Source of the DNA: Zygnema circumcarinatum SAG 698-1b | Taxonomy: Eukaryota > Plantae > Zygnematophyceae | Reading direction: 5' to 3' | DNA length: 64,000 nucleotides | NCBI GenBank assembly: GCA_037447605.1 | Contig: CM074819.1 | Span: 620,001 to 684,000, forward strand | Shown here: positions 56,126-64,000 of the stretch, piece after piece | Layout: each line of letters begins with the position of its first letter | Position numbering within the stretch: position 1 is the first letter of the stretch | Notes under the pieces: model-generated | The model's database searches: none | The model's input: the letters and a program-made list of their open reading frames with translations, nothing else | Told to the model about the DNA's origin: nothing | Position numbers and translations under genes: made by a program

Positions 56126-59100
56126 TTAGACATTGCCTCATGAGAGCATTGTCGGCAGTCAGGCGTCGCACGTCCTCCCGCAGAGATCGGAGCTCCTCCA
56201 GCACCTGTGGGAGGGGGGGTTTAGGGTTTAGGGTTGGGGTGGAGGTAGGGTTGGGGTGGAGGTAGGGTTGGGGTGGAGGTAGGGTTGGGGTGGAGGTAGG
56301 GTTGGGGTGGAGTTAGGGTTGGGGTGGAGTTAGGGTTCAGGTGGAGTTAGGGTTCAGGTGGAGGTAGGATTGGGGTGGAGTTAGGGTTGGGGTGGAGTTA
56401 GGGGAGTTAGGGTTCAGGTGGAGTTTCAGGTGGAGTTAGGGTTCAGGTGGAGTTAGGGTTCAGGTGGAGTTAGGGTTCAGGTGGAGGTAGGGTTCAGGTG
56501 GAGTTAGGGTTCAGGTGGAGTTAGGGTTCAGGTGGAGTTAGGGTTCAGGTGGAGTTAGGGTTCAGGTGGAGTTAGGGTTCAGGTGGAGGTAGGATTGGGG
56601 TGGAGTTAGGGTTGGGGTGGAAGTAGGGTTCAGGTGGAGTTAGGGTTCAGGTGGAGTTAGGGTTCAGGTGGAGTTAGGGTTCAGGTGGAGTTAGGGTTCA
56701 GGTGGAGTTAGGGTTCAGGTGGAGTTAGGGTTCAGGTGGAGTTAGGGTTCAGGTGGAGTTAGGGTTCGGGTGGAAGTAGGGTTTAGGTGGAATAAGAGTT
56801 CAGGTTTAAGGGTTGTCGGGGGTTCGGATGTTATTAGGGTTCCGGTTTCTGGAATCGACCAAGTCCAGTTGACATTTTAAAACGAAGCTGAAGATCAGAT
56901 CAAACCGACAAAAAAGCTCAAGACCACTCCCAACATCAATCGCAAAACGACGATCAACTTCAACATAACATCAAAACAAACCCCCCTCCCCCTCCCCTCC
57001 CTCCTCCCTCCCTCCCTCCTCCCTCCCTCTCCCTCTCCCATTCTCTCCCTCTCCCTCCCTCCCCTCCCCCTCCCCTCCCCTCCCCTCCCTCCCCCTCCCT
57101 CCCCCTCCCTCCCCCTCCCCCCCCTCCCTCCCCCTCCCCTCCCTCCCCTCCCTCCCCTGTCGTGCGCCTCCCTGACCCCTGCCGCGAATCCCTCCCACGC
57201 GGGCGCCCTGAAGAGCGTGTGCGCGAAGAGCGGCAGCGCGGGCGCGTCCCTCTGCAGGAGCGCGGCGTCCTGGAGGAGAACCACGCGGAGCCACCGCAGG
57301 GCGAGGAGGAACCCCTCCGCGGCGACGTCCCGCCACGCGGCGGGGCAGCTAAGGTTGCGCTGGGGGAGGGGAGAGGGGGGAGGGAGAGGGGGAGGGAGAG
57401 GGGGAGGGAGGGGGGGAGAGGGGGAGGGAGAGGGAGGGAGAGGAGGGAGGGAGAGAGGGAGGGAGAGGGGAGGGAGAGGGGGAGGGAGAGGGGGGAGGGA
57501 AGAAGGAGAGGGAGAGGGAGAGAGGGAGGGAGGAGGGAGGAGGGAGGGAGAGAGGAGGGAGGGAGAAGGAGAGGGAGAGGGAGAGGGAGAGGGAGAGAGG
57601 GAGGGAGAGAGGGGGAGAGAGGGAGGGAGAGAGGGAGGGAGGGAGAAGGAGAGGGAGAGGGAGAGAGGGAGGGAGAGGAGGGAGAGGAGGGAGAGAGGAG
57701 GGGAGAGAGAGATGCGGGGGAGAGAGGGAGAGGTAGAGGGAGGGAGCGAGGGAGAAAGTGGGAGGAGAGAAAGGGGGAGAAATAGAAGGGGAGGGAGGGC
57801 GGCGGAGAGAGAGGGAAAAAAAAAAGACGCCTTGGGCGTTTCGTAGGAATTTATTTCTGCATCTTCCTCTCTCTCTCTCTGTCTAGCCCCCATCTGTCTC
57901 GCTCTCTTAATTTTCTCCCAGACTCCTTCTCTCCTTCCCCTCCCTCTCTCCCTCTTCCCTCTCCCCCCCACTCTCCCCCCTTACCTCTCTGCGTCCCTCC
58001 CCCCCCCCCTCCCCCTCCCTCCCTCTCCCTCTCCATCCCCCTCCCCGTCCCTCCCCCTCCCCCTTCCCCTCTCCCTCTCCCATTCTCTCCCTCTCCCTCT
58101 CTCTCCCTCTCCCTCTCCCTCCCCCTCCCCCTCCCCCTCCCCCTCCCCCTCTCCCTCTCCCTCTCCCATTCTCTCCCTCTCTCTCTCTCTCTCTCTCCCT
58201 CTCTGTGTGCGAAAGCGTCACTCACCCTGCACACCCCCTCGTACGCCTCCTCCAGCCATGGCCACACCATCTTTTGAAGAGCCGGCGGAGGAATTGCGCG
58301 GGTTCGCGGCACCACGTAGGTGCTCCCATTGCCTTCAGACCCCGCTGACGTCAGCAGGTGCTCCATGGGAACCGGGTCGAACCGAGACAACAGAAAGTGC
58401 TCATACGTCCAACGGTCTCCGCTTTGCATATTCGCGCTCACCATCCTGATAATTTCGGGAAAAAGGAGAGAAAATAAGTAGTATTAAAGTAAGTATAGGT
58501 AAAGTGAGGGGTGACTATGAATATGCATACTCTCCCTCGCTCTCTCTCTCTCGCTCACTCTCTCTCTTTCCCTCCCGGCTCCTCCCCCCCGCCCTCTCTC
58601 TCATTTCCTTCCCTCTTCGATTTCGGAGTGCCTGAGAAGAGAGGGGACCAGAATAGAATGTCTCTCCCACTCTCTCTCCCTCTCCCTCTCCCTCAGCAAA
58701 CCCAAAACCTAACTTACCCTCGAGTTTGCGTACTTTGGTTAGTCGCTGTATTGTCTGCTTGCCGGCCTTTGAAGGTCTTTTTCTTATAGAAAAGTCCCAA
58801 ATGCCGGTAAGCAGCTCGGAGATAGTTGTACTGAGTTGCATAGACCATGTTCGCATTTTCTCGCCTCCCTTCTACTAAGGGATCTCCGTACCAATTTTCT
58901 CGAAAGGAGAAGTCTGGAAGTCTCTTTTTCCACCATTCCCACCTTCCAAACAACATCAAAGCAATGGCCCCCACCGGACATTCCAAATACTCTCTTGATC
59001 GCATCACTCCCACATATTCCGCTCTCCCGTTCTGTTGTGGACCCACCCAAACAGAATAACCTTGAAAGTGTTAAAAAGGGACTGTTGAATAGTATGGGAT

Positions 59101-60216
59101 GGGAGGTGGAGCTGGGAGGAGAGGGGTGGGAGGGGGAAGGAGGGGGCCGGGATGGGGGGGAGAGAGGGAGGGAGGGAGGGAGGGAGGGAGGGAGGGAGGG
59201 AGGGAGGGAGGGAGAGGAAGGTGGGGAGGGAGGGGTGGGGAGGGCGAGCAGCAAAGAGGGAAGTAGGGGAGGGAGAGAGGGAGAGAGTGGGAAAGCGGGG
59301 GGGATGGGAGAGAGTGGGGAGAAAGAGCAGCAAAGAGGGATAAAGGAGAACGGGAGAGAGAGACGAAAGGGAGAAGAGGAAGCGAAGAAAGGACAGAAAA
59401 TGAAGCCAAGCGATGTTCAAAAGAGAGAGTGATGCATTTTCAATTTCTTCATGGAATGAGGCAGAAAAGATTTTACCTTTTTAGGCCTCCCATTTCGCAA
59501 TATTAGCCCTAATACCTTCCCTTTGTCGGGTCCCACGTGATGAAGATCGTATTCAAAAATGTCGGCAAGGTGAGCATGTCGAGCATCTTCCGCCCTCCCT
59601 CTCGCCTTTCGCTCAAACAAAAAAGTCGCACTTTTGTAACAAAAAACATGCAGCAAGTAAAGGAGACAGATTACAATATCAGGACATAGAACCATCACAC
59701 TTTTCTCGGGCTACTTTTGCAACACGAATATGAATTCAAAAACTTAAATTTAAGGTTTTTTCGATTCGCATGATCAACTGGCATCACGTTTGGATCAAAC
59801 TTTTTGTATGAGGAATATGTGGGAGAGGAGATAGTACCGGACTTGAAGGCCAACATAAGGAGTGAAACCCATAAGAGAAGAAATTTCTTTTGCAGCCCCT
59901 TGCAACAGATATTTTGAAAGGTCGATAACTTGAGCGGGAGTGATCTCACTTGTCGCTTTTGCCTCCCCTTCCGAAAGCATTCTGTAGCCAAGAAAATACA
60001 AAACCACCACGGAAAGTAGCAGTTGGGAAGTCGTCATTCAACTTGAATATGATTAAATCTGACCTCCAGTTATGTTTAAAATTAACTTTATCGATTTGTT
60101 TTGCGCGAAGAATGGAGCTGGAGGGAGATGGAAGGGACGGAGGAGAGTAGGAGGGAGGGATATAAGGAGGGGAAGTGGGAGGTGGGAGGAATGGGAGAAG
60201 GGGAGAAGAGAGAACG

Positions 60217-60248
<32 letters not shown>

Positions 60249-61256
60249 AGAGAGAGAGAAATGTAGTGGTTCACTCACTCGTATTTCCGTTTAGAAATTA
60301 CTTTCTTGCTGGCCACAAGTATTTTGCCGATTAGAGGGTCGTTCCGTAAACTGTTGTACGGAACTTGCTTCTCATAGCACTGCTGCTTGTGGAAGTCCAC
60401 CAAACCTTTCAAGTATTGGTTCAATGTGGCGAATCCTAAGGGCAAAGCCCCTCCCAAAAAAAGGGCCACGCCTTCGGGGGTCACTTCTGCGTTGGAAATA
60501 CCTCTCTGAATCCAAAATTCCTGCAGGTTTCATGTTGCAATTAACTTTAAATGTTAGGAAAATTGGTACTCATTAGGTTAAAGGGTTTCTAATAGCCACC
60601 TGGAGAAGGTAAGTGTCAAAATTCAAGTTGAGATAGTGAAAGAGTGTGGGTGAGAGAGGGGGGAGAGAGAGTGTGGGGACGAGTGTGAAATCGAGTGAGA
60701 GGAGAAAAGGGGAGAATGTGAGAGGTGGAAAGGGAGGGTGAGAGAAAACGAGAGGAGAGAGAGAGAGAGGGGGGGTGGGAGAGGGAGAGTGCGAGAGAGA
60801 GCGGGAGAGAGAGCGTGAGAGAGAGCTGACCAAGTAGAGGCGAACGGAGCGATTGTACGACTTCCGAGTGGTTTCCTGCTGGTGGTTTGTGCAGAAGGCG
60901 TGGATTCTCTCCACAGTATCAGCCTCAAGCGGGGGCGGAACATGGTCTGAAAGTCGCCTCAAAAGCTCTGCGATATCCGCCTCCTCCGTATACTCGCTCT
61001 GCCCCACATCCTCCATAGGGGGGTCAAGGCCCCCTCCCCCGCCCTCTCCCACTCCTACCTCTACTCCCCCGACTCCTACTCCTTCCACTTCCACTCCTAC
61101 TCCTATTCCTACTTCTCCGACTTCGCCTCCAGCTCCGACACTGACTACTCCAAACGCTCCCACTCCCACTCCCACACTTTCGTGTGGGACAACTGGAAGG
61201 GAGTGAAGGAGGGAGGTTCCGGCGACTCCAAGGAGCCTCTCCACTATGGCTGCCAT
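56046..61256 (-). CDS. Intron-containing CryptonF-derived tyrosine-recombinase-fold (Ndc10 domain II-like) protein, about 613 aa, 8 exons
   Basis: Exons 60831-61256, 60279-60520, 59838-59981, 59477-59630, 58718-59031, 58226-58445, 57177-57359 and 56046-56204. All 7 GT-AG introns are phase-compatible; the last donor is the least certain. Motifs include ETTRKSYN, RAEDAR..HLADIF, NGRAEYVGVMRSREYLECPVGAIAL, PDFSFRENWY, YATQY, PPPALQKMVWPW and DVAAEGFLLALRWLRVVLLQDAA. Confidence 0.85.
56220..56790. repeat. Telomere-motif-containing 17-bp minisatellite (GGTGGAGTTAGGGTTCA / GGTGGAGGTAGGGTTGG), about 33 copies
   Basis: Begins with TTTAGGG TTTAGGG at about 56220. The units carry TTAGGG or GTAGGG and lie within the last intron of the Crypton-derived gene. 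Confidence 0.93.
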
Positions 61257-63239
61257 GGCACCCATGGGATGAGCGGAGGAGCGAAGACGGTAACGGCCGG
61301 ATGTCATGCTTTGGAGACCAGAAAAAAACAAAAAGAAAAGAAGAGAAGAACAGATAAGTCAAATGAGAAGAAGGAAAGGGAGGGAGAGGAATGGGGTGAG
61401 GTTGGATGCCTCCAATTGATAATTGAGTATCAACGAGGACTGGAGGGGAGGAAAGGGCGACGATGAAGGCAAGAGCGAGGAGGAAATGGAGAGGGAGTGG
61501 AAGGGGAAGGGGGGGAAGGGGCNNNNNNNNNNGGGAAAGGGGGGCAAGGGGGGCAAGGGGGGCAAGGGGGGAAAGGGGGGAAAGGGGGGAAAGGGGGGAA
61601 AAGGGGGAAAAGGGGGAAAGGGGGAAGTGGGGGAAGGGGGGAAAACAGAATTGGGAGAGAGAGGGAGAGATGAAACCTAAAACCAAGTGGAAAAAAGAAA
61701 TTCAAGAAATTCCCTGCAGTTTTTAATGATTCAATGCGAGACAACACACGTGCATCACTTGTCACTCTGCATATGCAAACCCTAGATTTTCAGAAACAAC
61801 AAGTGACTTCTAAAAGAGAGGGAGAGAGAGAGAGCGAGAGAGAGAGAGAGAGAACCGTGAAAAGGAAGGGAAAAAAAATTGGGACATTACTTGAGATTCT
61901 CAGACTTTTCAATTTCAAAAAATATTTCTCTAGAGAACGGAGTGGGAAGCCCTCCTTTTTTTGCAAAGCCCCTCCGTTCGCTGCTTCCATGGCTGCCGAT
62001 CCATGGCTGCCCCCCTCCCCATCTGGACGGACGCTGGCGGACGCGGTACGGACGCTTTGGGGGACGCACGTATCCTTCGAGAAGGGGCGGACGCGCCGAC
62101 GGACGGACGGAAGAACGGATGGTATGGTAACCGCTGGCGGACGTTTGGGGATGTGGCCCATGCGGGTACTCGGTGCCGACGGACATTCCACACGTGTGAC
62201 CACCCAGCAAGAACCGTCACCCATCATTTGTATATTTGGATGTACTGTACACAGAGAGTCGTGAAATGTCATGTGTCTCACGATGGCATTTGGGGGGCAT
62301 GAAGGAGGCGTGCACAACAACAAAAACATCAACAACATTGGGAAAAAAACCACGAGGACCCAACGGCTCACAAAGGACCTAAAAAACATGAGGAAAGAGC
62401 TTTTCAGGTTGCAGTATATTCGTGGATTTAGTAGACATGATGCATTTTGTGATTTGACGTGAGACTAGATTGTGGCGCACAGCACATGGAACACCGTTAC
62501 ACATCGTAACCTTATCTCTATCTCTCCTTCTCTCTCGTAGCTTCTCTCTCCCTCCCCTCCTCTCCCTTCCTCGCCCCCTCCCCCCTCCCCCGTCCCCCTC
62601 CCCATCTCCCTCCCCATCTCCCTCCCCTTCCCTCCCTCCCTCCTCTCTCTCGCTCTCTCTGTCATACTTACAGAATTCGTAAAGACTAGCTCTCTCTATC
62701 GAGCACAAGCCCAAAAATACTTGGAACTATCTCTCTCCAAAAAAAAAGGGCTTCAAAAAGAACAAAAAGAACCCAAAAAAAATACAAAATTGCGGATTTT
62801 TGATAGATCAAGCAAAATTCAAAATATCCAAATGGGGCGCCGCAAAAAGCTCGGGTTAATCGAGTTTCGTCGATTTATTTCGAAGCACTGAGGAGCCTTT
62901 TTCTCCAATTTCACGTAACTCGCTTTTTCTTTTCCTTAGAAATTCCGTAGCCCCGCGATCACGTGTACTGAATTCGCCTCCGTTTGACGGGTTTCCGTTG
63001 TACTGACAACCGGCCCGCCTGCATAGAAAATGGACATGCAAAAAGAAACCCAAATAACTCAAAAATCTCGGGAAAATCCCAAAAAAAGAGCATTCCAGAA
63101 AAGATGGATCTGGAAAAACTGAAAATCCCCCAAAAGTTTAAAGCCTACAGAGGGCCATTCGAACCCTAGCAACCCTGAACCCCATAAATCATGGAATAAA
63201 ACCCTGAGCTGCAACACCCTGGTTTAGAGGAAAAAGCGC

Positions 63240-63850
63240 AGAGAGTCCGTGGGAAAGAGAGAAAACGGACCTTCTAAGCAGAGCGCTGCCGTGAATCTGC
63301 CCATCCCATACATGCACACACGTGTAGCCACTTGAGGTAGAGAGGGGAGGGAGGACGGAGAGGGGAGCGGGGGAGGGGCGAGAGTGGAGAGGGGAGGGGG
63401 GAGGGGGGAGAGGGGAGACGGGAGAGGGGAAGGGGGAGGGGGGAAGGGGGGAGAGCGGAGGNNNNNNNNNNGGGAGAGGGAGAGGGAGAGGGAGAGAGAG
63501 AGGGGGACCCAGACCAACATTGGACGACCCGAAGGGCCCCACAGACTAGTAAAAATATGCAGGACAGCGTAGGAAAAGGCAAGCCTAAAACTTAAACAAA
63601 CTCTAACAAGCTTGGAAAGCAAGTAGACCTCTCGGAAGCACGGAAACCTTAAAATCCCGAAGGGGACGCAATGAGTGTGCACGCAGCGCAAAATGCACAC
63701 CTGAAAGTCTCGCAAGTTGTCTCCCGCCACAACGCATTTGGTAGAGCCACATCGCATCGAATTGACCGCAGTCGGCGGCGGAAGAATGGCGGTCAGTACT
63801 TGGGACCGCAAGTACGCCCATTGGCCGGCTGCGTAGTGGTATATGCTGAG
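63240..63850 (-). CDS. Possible internal exons of an unidentified gene entering from the right edge
   Basis: Exon-like complex sequence flanked by CT-tract AG acceptors and GT donors at about 63706-63848 and 63272-63330. No recognisable family. Confidence 0.25.
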
Positions 63851-64000
63851 AGAGGGAGAGAGAGAGAGAGAGTGAGAAAGTGAGAGAGAGAGGAAAAGCA
63901 AGAGGGAAGGGAGGGGGGGAGGGAGAGCAGAGGGAGGGAGGAGAGAGGGAGGGTGGTAGCATAACCAAGGTTTCAAAATTCCCGTGACGCCGGTTGAAGA

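Noticed and set aside
56119-56128. A-AAA-AAC slippery heptamer as a programmed -1 frameshift into GCR1_C
   Set aside because: Reaching the GCR1_C frame needs a +1 shift. The -1 frame stops within about 14 codons, and the domain is broken again downstream.
56220-56790. True chromosome end or telomere fusion
   Set aside because: The array is internal, has a 17-bp unit, and the interrupted gene continues in phase on both sides.
61734-62714. Several 100-200 aa ORFs upstream of the Crypton-derived gene
   Set aside because: No family motifs or convincing splice structure; probably promoter or 5' UTR sequence.

Overview
This is eukaryotic, intron-rich plant-lineage DNA. Plant-type COX7a, GRXS17 and Tm-1 homologues, TTTAGGG-type motifs and GA/CT-rich introns suggest a streptophyte alga or similar; the taxon is an inference. 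It looks like a short-read scaffold with 10-N and 100-N gaps. I reconstructed spliced genes by hand from GT-AG junctions and reading-frame phase. In order: GRXS17 (+), polyprenol reductase (+), a Tic32/RDH-like SDR (-), COX7a (-), COG5 (+), CSN6 (-), a CCR4/ANGEL-like EEP hydrolase (+), a divergent Tm-1/UPF0261 gene with an unrecognised membrane-anchored C-terminus (-), a NIFK/Nop15-like RRM gene (+), a PAS...receiver two-component gene (-), and an 8-exon CryptonF/Ndc10-like tyrosine-recombinase-fold gene (-). Most long ORFs in the supplied track are artefacts of GA/CT microsatellites. Two duplicated segments flanked by N gaps are probably assembly artefacts. There are two main candidates for novelty. 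(1) The spliced Crypton-derived gene appears to have lost its catalytic His and Tyr, is shedding its GCR1_C domain, and carries a telomere-like minisatellite in its last intron. It may be a domesticated DNA-binding protein analogous to yeast Ndc10. (2) The Tm-1-like gene has a new domain with two predicted TM helices in place of the usual TIM-barrel. Family assignments rest on recalled motif consensus; no database search was run.
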